From IMG/VR virus record IMGVR_UViG_3300020123_000246: a stretch of 53,936 nt of DNA, one strand, 5' to 3'. Positions 24,923 through 32,869 of this stretch are shown piece after piece. Made by a program: the position numbers and the translations under genes. The stretch comes from a virus. Below the pieces are notes generated by a model, which was given only the letters and a program-made list of their open reading frames with translations, ran no database searches and was not told the origin of the DNA. The number at the start of each line of letters is the position of its first letter. The stretch's first letter is position 1.

Positions 24923-25881
24923 TCTCGTGTGTTCCAGCCGATCTTGTAAAAGCGGCGAAGTGCTTCCCTTGCGTACCTAAATCCGCTCGGCGGTGGGTGA
25001 GGGCTTATCTTCTGTGCCAGTTTGCGGGCAAGTCCGCTACCGGCGCCAGCGCAACGGCCGCCTGGGTAGCTCGAGTGATCGCCAATGGCGGCGCCACACC
25101 TTCTCAGGCTACGCAAACCGCAATGGCTACTTTCTGGAACTCGTTAAATGCGGCCGGCTTAATCCCATTGATGATCAATGTCGTATGCTTTGTGCCCGAC
25201 AATCTGATCGCAGCGATTACTCCTTTCTTCTTCACTCTCGGGCTGGATCCATGGACCAATGTTGGCGGGAACTTCGTGCCAGCGGATTTGAGCATTAACG
25301 GACTCACCGGCGACACATTAACTAAGGTTCTTGGAAGCAACATCACTGCAACCAACGCTTTCGTGAATTCAGGAGGGGCCATAGCCGCAGGGACAAGCGG
25401 CGGCCTTACCGTTTACACTTTCACGACCGGGCCTGCTGGAACCCAGATTGACATAGGGGCAAATTTCAACACGGCGCCCCAGAGCTTGGCTCTCTCTGCC
25501 ATTTTAAGTCCAGGCGTTCAAAATACCTCGCTTTTGGATTTTGTGAATCATTCGACCGGAAGAGCATCGGGGGCCAACGCTGGATGGACCGGTTTTACTT
25601 CTGGTAGCAGGACAAGCGGAAGCGCCTCTTCCATTTACATCGCTAACAGCGTGACTGCCTTTCAGCAACTCGGAAGCGATGCAAACAATCTGGCAGGTAC
25701 AGCCTTTGGCGCTGATTCCATCGGTATCTTTGGGTATGGCGCGGCGGGGTCATTTACACCGAGCAGCGGCCGTACACTGTCTTTTGCCGCAGTACATCTC
25801 GGTCTGACCAGCACTCAAACTCAGGCTCTATTCAATGCCGTCCAGGCTCTTCGAGTGGCTTTTGGCGGCGGATTTGTATAA
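24919..25881 (+). CDS. Receptor-binding/fibre-like protein 2 (paralog of 23720..24922, TTG start)
   Basis: MISCVPADLVKAAKCFPCVPKSARRWVRAYLLCQ and C-terminus RTLSFAAVHLGLTSTQTQALFNAVQALRVAFGGGFV; TTGA overlap. Confidence 0.5.
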   Translation: MISCVPADLVKAAKCFPCVPKSARRWVRAYLLCQFAGKSATGASATAAWVARVIANGGATPSQATQTAMATFWNSLNAAGLIPLMINVVCFVPDNLIAAITPFFFTLGLDPWTNVGGNFVPADLSINGLTGDTLTKVLGSNITATNAFVNSGGAIAAGTSGGLTVYTFTTGPAGTQIDIGANFNTAPQSLALSAILSPGVQNTSLLDFVNHSTGRASGANAGWTGFTSGSRTSGSASSIYIANSVTAFQQLGSDANNLAGTAFGADSIGIFGYGAAGSFTPSSGRTLSFAAVHLGLTSTQTQALFNAVQALRVAFGGGFV

Positions 25882-25893
25882 GGTGAATCCCCC

Positions 25894-26160
25894 ATGAGCG
25901 AAAAAGATATTTCGCACGTAAACTCTGAAAAGCTGGACCGGATCATTCTGGCCGTGGAAGGCACAAAAGATTTCCCTGGGATCAGTGGCAGGCTGGCAGC
26001 CACCGAGTTAATCCTTTACGGCGAGAAGGGCAAATTGGGACTGGTTCAGCAACACGCAATTTTATGGCGAGCTCACACTTGGATACTCATGGTATTGAGC
26101 GCGGGAGCTTCTACGATCGCAACGCTCTTGATCGAGCGCTTCGTAAAAGGGCATCCGTGA
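25894..26160 (+). CDS. Membrane protein with C-terminal TM helix (88 aa)
   Basis: HTWILMVLSAGASTIATLLI hydrophobic span. Confidence 0.5.
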   Translation: MSEKDISHVNSEKLDRIILAVEGTKDFPGISGRLAATELILYGEKGKLGLVQQHAILWRAHTWILMVLSAGASTIATLLIERFVKGHP

Positions 26161-26234
26161 TCTGGCACAAGTGGCTAGCAGTCAGCTTCGGCATCGGCAT
26201 TGGGATTATTCTTGGTTGCCTTTTCGGCCGATGA
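26157..26234 (+). CDS. Possible 25-aa hydrophobic peptide (GTG start)
   Basis: VIWHKWLAVSFGIGIGIILGCLFGR; GTGA overlap with upstream stop; absent from the ORF track because it is short. Confidence 0.3.
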   Translation: MIWHKWLAVSFGIGIGIILGCLFGR

Positions 26235-26250
26235 GGGCTACAACCGATTT

Positions 26251-26475
26251 ATGGAATGGAGCATTCAGCTTAGCGGCCCCCGGGCCCAGGTCCTGCAGGA
26301 GTTGACAGAGATTGTCGAAGTGCCCGCTGAAATCCAAACGATGATCCCCGAGTTGGTGGCTCACATGCCGCTACCAACGGGCTTGAACATCACCGGCAAG
26401 GGAGGAAAGGGAAGCATCGAAAACCTCTCTGTGCTTGGGTTCGACTTTGCGCCGCAGGACTCACCTGCCAGCTAA
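26251..26475 (+). CDS. Hypothetical protein (74 aa)
   Basis: ORF track frame; start moved to MEWSIQ. Confidence 0.4.
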   Translation: MEWSIQLSGPRAQVLQELTEIVEVPAEIQTMIPELVAHMPLPTGLNITGKGGKGSIENLSVLGFDFAPQDSPAS

Positions 26476-26517
26476 AGAGTTGTTGTCTTTTTGTTCATAG
26501 GGGCGTACAACCGCCCC

Positions 26518-26994
26518 ATGAAACAAAAACTATCCCTCATTGCAGTTCTGGCGATCTCGCTGTGTGCCATTTGGTTTGCTGGCTGTACAACTCCCAATCC
26601 CAATTACAACCCCAACCAGCCGCCATCGGCATCTAATCCCCCTTTTTCTCCGGATCCGCGGATTCTCTCGGTGTCCAACGCGGCAGCCCAGCTCAACAGC
26701 CAGTTGGCGCCAGTGAACCCCTACTCGGACCTGAGCGGGTGGGCAGTCAAATTGGGATTTGGAGCCCTGGGGCTAATCAGTGGAGCCGTGGGAGCTTACA
26801 AGGATCGACAGGCAATCGTTAATGCGCACGCCGCTACGATTTCCACTCTGGCTGATGGGATTGTGAAGGCTGGATCCGGCCAAGCCGTGCTCGACCATGC
26901 GAGCAGCACTGATAATTTTGCCGCAGTGGCTACGGCTATCAATGCCAGCACTGGCGCCAACCAAACAGCGGCCGGAACGGTAAAAACCGCCTAA
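26518..26994 (+). CDS. Lipoprotein (lipobox FAGC) with an internal Gly-rich hydrophobic segment
   Basis: MKQKLSLIAVLAISLCAIWFAGC signal/lipobox; LGFGALGLISGAVGAY. Confidence 0.65.
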   Translation: MKQKLSLIAVLAISLCAIWFAGCTTPNPNYNPNQPPSASNPPFSPDPRILSVSNAAAQLNSQLAPVNPYSDLSGWAVKLGFGALGLISGAVGAYKDRQAIVNAHAATISTLADGIVKAGSGQAVLDHASSTDNFAAVATAINASTGANQTAAGTVKTA

Positions 26995-26997
26995 GCT

Positions 26998-28833
26998 GTG
27001 GCCAAAGAGACTGTTTTAGCCGATGCCACTTTCGATTTTTCGGGCGGGGTCAACTCTGATGCCGTCACGACGATTCGAAGTGATCTGGTTACAAACGGGC
27101 TCCAACGCAATCAGCTCGCCTGGCTTTCCAATGGCACAACCCGCGGGGGGGCAATCTCCCCGCGGCCTGGCTACAACAAGCTGCTCGATTTAATCGCTAC
27201 CGGGCTCTACCAGGGTGGGATCCTCTACGAGCCTATCCAAGAGGGAGATCCATACATCATCTGCAGTGTATCGGGCCACATCATTAAGGCCCTGCTCAGC
27301 CCGCCCTACACTGTTACCGATCTCTCGGTTCAGTTTGGCTTAGTCAATCCGGCAACTCCTCCGGAAGTGTTCTTTGTGGAAGCGGAGGGAATTCTCTGCA
27401 TCCAGGCTGGCGACTACTTCACTAATCCGCCTGGCACGCTGCCACTCTTTTACCGCTCGTCATTCGGAGGTCAACCGGAAGTGCTGCGGAGGTCGAACGG
27501 CCTTACAGGTAACGTCACCTACCCCAACATTAACGAGATTCCGGCTGCTACCTGCATGGTCTATTACCTCGGCCGATTGTGGTACGCTCAGGGCCGGAAA
27601 TGGACCGCCGGCGATATTGTAGGCAATCAGGCCTCCGGTACCGCCCCTTACAATTTCACCGATTCGGTTTTCAAGGTGACCGAAAACCCTCTGGCAGTTG
27701 GCGGCGATGGGTTTACCGTGCCATCCCAGGCTGGCGTTATCCGCGCAATGCGCTACACCGCCAACCTCGACACTTCGCTCGGCCAGGGCCCGCTTTATAT
27801 TTTCACGCGCAAGCAGGTTTACTCTTTCAATCCTCCGGTCACTCGAACCGCTTGGATTGCGGCCAATAACAACACTCAGCCGATCGTCACCGTGGCGCAG
27901 ATCAATAACGGCGCCACCGGTGAGCGTGGGCTTTTCCATGTAAACGGCGATTTGTTCTACCAGTCGCTCACTCCTGACGTCAGGACCTTGTTCATTGCAA
28001 CCCGCTACTTCAAGCAGTGGGCTAACGTGGGCATCTCGAGAAACGTGCAAAGGGCGATGCAGTTTGTTAATCGCGCGATCCAGCGCTACTGCCCAGGTGT
28101 GGATTTCGACAACCGCGGTCTCAATGGAACCCTACCCAAACAGACGGCCAACGGAGTAATCTCTCAGGGCATTCTACCGCTCAACTTTGACGAGGTTTCG
28201 ACGCTCGAGGAGCAGCGCCAGCCAGTGTGGGACGGAATGTGGGAGGGCATCGATGCTCTGCAGCTCTTCTCTGGTGACTTTGGCGGCCTGCAGCGCGCCT
28301 TTGCTCCGGTAGTCTCTCGCCAGGATGGGACGCTTGATATTTGGGAGCTCACCACTTCTCAGCGAACCGAAAATGGCGATAACCGGATCCTTTGGTATGC
28401 CGAATTTCCGGCGTTCACTTGGTCAGTGGCTGGATGGGAACTATCGCTCAAAGAGCTCATGGGCGGCGAGCTCTGGCTCGACCGGGTTTCAGGTGAAATT
28501 GAGCTGCAGGTGTTTTACCGGCCGGATGCTGACCCTTGCTGGCACCCCTGGCTCAAGACCGCCTTCTGCTCGACTCGGAATTGCGCCGAGGACGTCAACA
28601 ACCCAATTTGCTACCCGACAGCGATTCAATACTGCGACGGGTACCAGTGGCCTTTTGTGCTTCCCAAGCCGCCAGAGCCGAGCGGCTGCCAGCCGATGAT
28701 TTACAAGCGGCCGCGAGATCAGGGTTTCCAGTTTCAAGTCAAAGTGCAGGTCAAAGGCTATCTCCGGATCCGTGGTATAGTGCTCTATGCTCAAGAGAAG
28801 GAGCGCGGGATTTGGGAGGGGCTAAGGTGCTGA
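26998..28833 (+). CDS. Putative tail/adaptor structural protein (611 aa)
   Basis: Size and position only (equivalent slot to the T7 tubular proteins). Confidence 0.45.
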   Translation: MAKETVLADATFDFSGGVNSDAVTTIRSDLVTNGLQRNQLAWLSNGTTRGGAISPRPGYNKLLDLIATGLYQGGILYEPIQEGDPYIICSVSGHIIKALLSPPYTVTDLSVQFGLVNPATPPEVFFVEAEGILCIQAGDYFTNPPGTLPLFYRSSFGGQPEVLRRSNGLTGNVTYPNINEIPAATCMVYYLGRLWYAQGRKWTAGDIVGNQASGTAPYNFTDSVFKVTENPLAVGGDGFTVPSQAGVIRAMRYTANLDTSLGQGPLYIFTRKQVYSFNPPVTRTAWIAANNNTQPIVTVAQINNGATGERGLFHVNGDLFYQSLTPDVRTLFIATRYFKQWANVGISRNVQRAMQFVNRAIQRYCPGVDFDNRGLNGTLPKQTANGVISQGILPLNFDEVSTLEEQRQPVWDGMWEGIDALQLFSGDFGGLQRAFAPVVSRQDGTLDIWELTTSQRTENGDNRILWYAEFPAFTWSVAGWELSLKELMGGELWLDRVSGEIELQVFYRPDADPCWHPWLKTAFCSTRNCAEDVNNPICYPTAIQYCDGYQWPFVLPKPPEPSGCQPMIYKRPRDQGFQFQVKVQVKGYLRIRGIVLYAQEKERGIWEGLRC

Positions 28834-28834
28834 T

Positions 28835-29992
28835 ATGGCAAATTTTCCGTGTGACAACACAATCATCTGCCCTTGCACTGATAACCCTTTGGGCAATTTC
28901 AGCTCCGAGGCGCCGGATCCCTTCGTCTATTACGGCTTTCGGCCGGTTCTTTGGAACCCCAACAATCCAATCGGCGGGCATCGTCCGCCGGCGCCGCCAA
29001 TCTACTACGCGGCCGATTGTGCGGGCTTCTGCACGTCGACCCTCTCGCAAGAGGACGCGGACCTCTGCGCCGCGCGCCAGGCTTTCATCTGTTCGCACAC
29101 GCCACCTGGGGGCGGGCCTCCGCAGCTCTTTTTTAACCAGCCTCAGAGCTGCTCACTCCCATGCGGAAACGGCTCCTTTTTCGTGTGGCAAGTGCCCGGC
29201 GGGGCTTTCGTGAATGTCAGCCAGGCGGCCGCGGACAATCAGGCCCAGGCCTACGCCTGCCAGCAAGCCGCTTTGCACGCCTTCTGTCTCAATGACATTC
29301 CCAATGAAGCGGAAACCGGCACCGAATACGATGCGACCATTTTCGTAAACGGCGCCGCGCGCACCCCGGTTCACTTCCTTTTAGTTGCTGGCAGTTTGCC
29401 GCCAGGCCTGACGCTGACACCGGAAGGGCCCTTGAGCACATTCCTCCATGGGACCCCGACGACAACCGGTACCTTCACTTTCACGATCGAGGCGGTCGAT
29501 GCCATCGGGGTATTTGTCACCAAGCAGTACACGATAACGGTAACCTCGACCTGTTCTCAGTTCTGGACCTCCATAGCGGGCAACTGGACATTCCAATTCC
29601 AGGGAGCTAACAGCACTGGCTCGATCTCAGGCAATTTGCTGATCGTTTCCGCTTACACCAAAAATGGCATCGATCTATTTGGCATTACGATTGCCAATAA
29701 CGGTGTGAGCCCCCCGCTGAACCCGGTACTCACCGCTCAATTTCAATGCACCCTTACGGTAGTGCCTTTGGTGATTACAAACATAGGGCCCATCGGTGTT
29801 CTGCAAATTCAAATCGATGACGCCAACACCGCAGCAGTGTATTTCACTTTCACTGGCGCGCCCGGCGCACCTACTGTTTTTAATTTCACTTTGCCGGTAG
29901 GAGCAAAGCCCAGGGTGAGTGCTACCGTCACGCTCCAGAGCCCGGTAAACGGTTTCGATTCTCAGTTGGCGTATGGGATCACACTCGGATGA
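28835..29992 (+). CDS. Structural protein with Ig-like (He_PIG/cadherin-like) repeat
   Basis: LPPGLTLTPEGPLSTFLHGTPTTTGTFTFTIEAVDAIG is the putative-Ig-domain signature; Cys-rich N-terminus. Confidence 0.55.
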   Translation: MANFPCDNTIICPCTDNPLGNFSSEAPDPFVYYGFRPVLWNPNNPIGGHRPPAPPIYYAADCAGFCTSTLSQEDADLCAARQAFICSHTPPGGGPPQLFFNQPQSCSLPCGNGSFFVWQVPGGAFVNVSQAAADNQAQAYACQQAALHAFCLNDIPNEAETGTEYDATIFVNGAARTPVHFLLVAGSLPPGLTLTPEGPLSTFLHGTPTTTGTFTFTIEAVDAIGVFVTKQYTITVTSTCSQFWTSIAGNWTFQFQGANSTGSISGNLLIVSAYTKNGIDLFGITIANNGVSPPLNPVLTAQFQCTLTVVPLVITNIGPIGVLQIQIDDANTAAVYFTFTGAPGAPTVFNFTLPVGAKPRVSATVTLQSPVNGFDSQLAYGITLG

Positions 29993-30030
29993 TGCTTGAT
30001 TAACAGGCGAGGCAGGAGTAAAGAGCGCTT

Positions 30031-31086
30031 ATGCCGAATCGGCCAACCTTCTCGATGCTGCTCAACAGCCGTTTCCCGAAAGCGATTGGCCTCTGTGCCT
30101 CGGACCGATCTGGCGTGGCGGCTGCTGTGAACGAGTGTCAAGAGATTCTCATTGCGGATCCGATGGCACCGGAGGAAGGATGGTACGGAAGTTACGTCCA
30201 TGTGCTCTTCCAAGTGCAACAGGCAAACGGGCAAGCCTACATCGTTACGCCGCGAGAAATCGCTCGAATCGACAGGCTGGATATCTGCACCCGCCCGCGC
30301 TTCCTCCGCGGCGCGGCCTACGAGTACCTCATGTTCGGCAACGGCAAACAGCCAAAGCCCTGCCAGACTTCATGCGCTACTACTCAGGGATTTGAACGGG
30401 ACAACCTCCCGCTGCTTTATCCTTTTCCGTCGAGCGGCCCGCAAGGCATCCGATTCTTTCCATCGAATAACGCTGACCTGGGAAAGCTCATGCAGCTTCA
30501 AGGTACCGATCAGAACGGTAAAACCGTTTACGGTACCGACCCGGTAACCGGCGCGGCCATCATTGGCGAGCAAGTCTCTCTGGCGCTGCCCTTCTCGACG
30601 GCCGCATTCAGCTACCAGCAGATCACCGGTCTGATGAAGGATGAAACCAACGGCCCGGTTTTGGTCTATGCCGTCGACTCCCAGGGCAACCAGACGCTTA
30701 TCTCCCAAATGGCGCCAAACGAAACGGTTGCAAATTACCGGCAGTACTTCCTCAATGGCCTGCCCTGCAACTGCTCGAACCTGACCTGCAACACCCCGAG
30801 TGTTACCCCTATCCAAGTCGACGCGATGTGTAAGCTGGATTATATCCCCGTCGAAAACGACAGCGACTACCTCACGATTCAATCGATACCCGCTTTGATT
30901 GAGGAGGGCCAGGCGCGCCGCTGGTCGACCATTGACGCGGCTCAGGCATCGAAGAAAGAAACAGATCGTCACGCTAACGCGCTACGGATTCTTTGCGGGC
31001 AGTTAGATCACTATTTCGGCAAGACCACCACTGCGATCGGCTTTAAGATTTTCGGCCGCAATCGGCTTCGGCCGCAACCCGTTTAA
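30031..31086 (+). CDS. Putative structural protein (351 aa)
   Basis: ORF track; position. Confidence 0.45.
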   Translation: MPNRPTFSMLLNSRFPKAIGLCASDRSGVAAAVNECQEILIADPMAPEEGWYGSYVHVLFQVQQANGQAYIVTPREIARIDRLDICTRPRFLRGAAYEYLMFGNGKQPKPCQTSCATTQGFERDNLPLLYPFPSSGPQGIRFFPSNNADLGKLMQLQGTDQNGKTVYGTDPVTGAAIIGEQVSLALPFSTAAFSYQQITGLMKDETNGPVLVYAVDSQGNQTLISQMAPNETVANYRQYFLNGLPCNCSNLTCNTPSVTPIQVDAMCKLDYIPVENDSDYLTIQSIPALIEEGQARRWSTIDAAQASKKETDRHANALRILCGQLDHYFGKTTTAIGFKIFGRNRLRPQPV

Positions 31087-31089
31087 GTT

Positions 31090-32001
31090 ATGCCAAGCAC
31101 CCCAGGAATGGCGCCGGTTTTTAATAACTACTTTGCGACCTCCCCTTACTATGGCGGCGGATACCCAGGCAGCACCCAATTTTCGCCGTACACCTCCGCG
31201 AGCGAAGCGACGTCATTCAACCTCGGCTCAGGCGCCAATACTGAGGCGCTTACCGGCCAAATCAACGCGCTCAACCGCCAGGGCCAGGCCGCGGCGCTCG
31301 GCTCTCGGATCCCCAACGCAACCGGCCTCGAGGCGGAAAGCTCAGCCAACATTGGCTCTGAGCTCGCCGGCAATCTTCCGGCCGATGTTATCCGCAACCT
31401 GCAGCAGGCGGCTGCCGAGCGTGGCGTTGCAGTTGGCTCTCCTGGCTCGCCAAATTCAAGTGCTGCTTACCTCCGAGCATTGGGGCTCAGCTCATTGGAT
31501 CTGAGCAACATGGGACAACAGAACCTTTCCTCCGCTCTGGCGCGCAATCCCGCGGCGCCGCTCTTTGACCCCTCACAGCTCTTGATCACTCCGTATCAGG
31601 GCGCAACCCTGGGTGCTACTCAAACCCAACTTGGGCTCAGAGAGCAGGAGCTCAGGGATCAACTGATCCAGGATCGTGCGAACCTCGCGCGGCAATCTGC
31701 CCTTGGCGGGCCCCGAGGAGGAGGCGCAGCCGAGGACCCTGGCGCTTATGCGCGCCAGCCATTCGCTTCCGACCTCCAAACAACTTTTGTCGGCGCCAGT
31801 CCAACCGCATCGCCTGGACCCGCCGGAAATCTACTTTTCATGAATCCAGCCGGCGCGAATTATGCGTATCCTCCGACAACCGGTACCGGTACCTATTCGG
31901 CAACGGATGCCCAGGGCAACCCCGTCGCACCAGCGCCCGGCGGCTCACTTAATGCCGGTATGGATACTGAGCAGATGATGAATGATTTAGGGTTTGCCTA
32001 A
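31090..32001 (+). CDS. Low-complexity (G/A/S/P/Q-rich) putative internal virion protein
   Basis: ORF track; composition; position upstream of the giant protein. Confidence 0.45.
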   Translation: MPSTPGMAPVFNNYFATSPYYGGGYPGSTQFSPYTSASEATSFNLGSGANTEALTGQINALNRQGQAAALGSRIPNATGLEAESSANIGSELAGNLPADVIRNLQQAAAERGVAVGSPGSPNSSAAYLRALGLSSLDLSNMGQQNLSSALARNPAAPLFDPSQLLITPYQGATLGATQTQLGLREQELRDQLIQDRANLARQSALGGPRGGGAAEDPGAYARQPFASDLQTTFVGASPTASPGPAGNLLFMNPAGANYAYPPTTGTGTYSATDAQGNPVAPAPGGSLNAGMDTEQMMNDLGFA

Positions 32002-32865
32002 ATGCCACAAGATCCTAAAGATGAAGTGAGCGATATTTTGGAGCGAAGTGCTCCAAATGTCGGTTCAATGTGGATGGTTGGCGAAGAGGATCAGCCGGGA
32101 GCAATATCGGCTGCTCCAATGCCGACCCCGGCGCCTGGCGTGCCCCGCTCCTCTTCTGGCGCGCCTTTGCCGCCCCCTGCTCCTCCGGTGCAATGGACTA
32201 ATGCCGCACAACCTGCAGCCGGCGGCGATTTACAGTCCCAAATCTCGAGCATGCCGTTAGATAAGGCTACAGCAGCTTATTCGGCCGCTCTCAAGTTTCA
32301 GGCGATGCGCGGGTATCAAGCGGACCTGCAGGCGGGCAAGCCGCCGGCCGATGCGCTCGCCAAGTGGGCCCCGCTCATGTTCACGGCGCCAAAAGAAGCC
32401 ACTCTCGGCCAGGCCGCTACCATGGTCCGAAATGTCCGGCCGCCGGCGCCTGTTATCCGGACTGCCAACGGCCAAATCTTTCAGGTGGGCACTAACGGCG
32501 CCGTGCCTCTCACCCCTCCGGTAACTCGGCATGATTCGGCCAACCAGATCGACGTGCTCGATTACCGGGACAAGTTGAAAGAGATGGATACGCTGAGAGC
32601 TTCTCTGGCTGAGGATCCCAACGCCAAAGACAAGCCGATGAAGCTGCGCCGGATGCGAGCATTGCAAGATGAGCTCGACCAAATTCGAAATCGCGCGCCG
32701 CAAGTAGCCAATCCGCAACCGGCTCAAGTGCCTCCTCCTACTCGGACCTCGAGCAGCTCACCCAAGCGCGTTTGGGTGAAGTCCAAGGATGGCCGGACCG
32801 GCACGATCCCTGAGGAGCAGCTTGACGAGGCTTTAAAGGCAGGTTACACCCGGGTCAACAGGTGA
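32002..32865 (+). CDS. Pro/Ala-rich putative internal virion protein
   Basis: ORF track; composition; position. Confidence 0.45.
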   Translation: MPQDPKDEVSDILERSAPNVGSMWMVGEEDQPGAISAAPMPTPAPGVPRSSSGAPLPPPAPPVQWTNAAQPAAGGDLQSQISSMPLDKATAAYSAALKFQAMRGYQADLQAGKPPADALAKWAPLMFTAPKEATLGQAATMVRNVRPPAPVIRTANGQIFQVGTNGAVPLTPPVTRHDSANQIDVLDYRDKLKEMDTLRASLAEDPNAKDKPMKLRRMRALQDELDQIRNRAPQVANPQPAQVPPPTRTSSSSPKRVWVKSKDGRTGTIPEEQLDEALKAGYTRVNR

Positions 32866-32869
32866 TACC

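Noticed and set aside
23720-25881. Diversity-generating retroelement targeting the paralogous fibre genes
   Set aside because: No reverse transcriptase gene exists in the genome. No template/variable repeat pair with adenine-specific differences was found. The two genes differ throughout, not in a short C-terminal VR.
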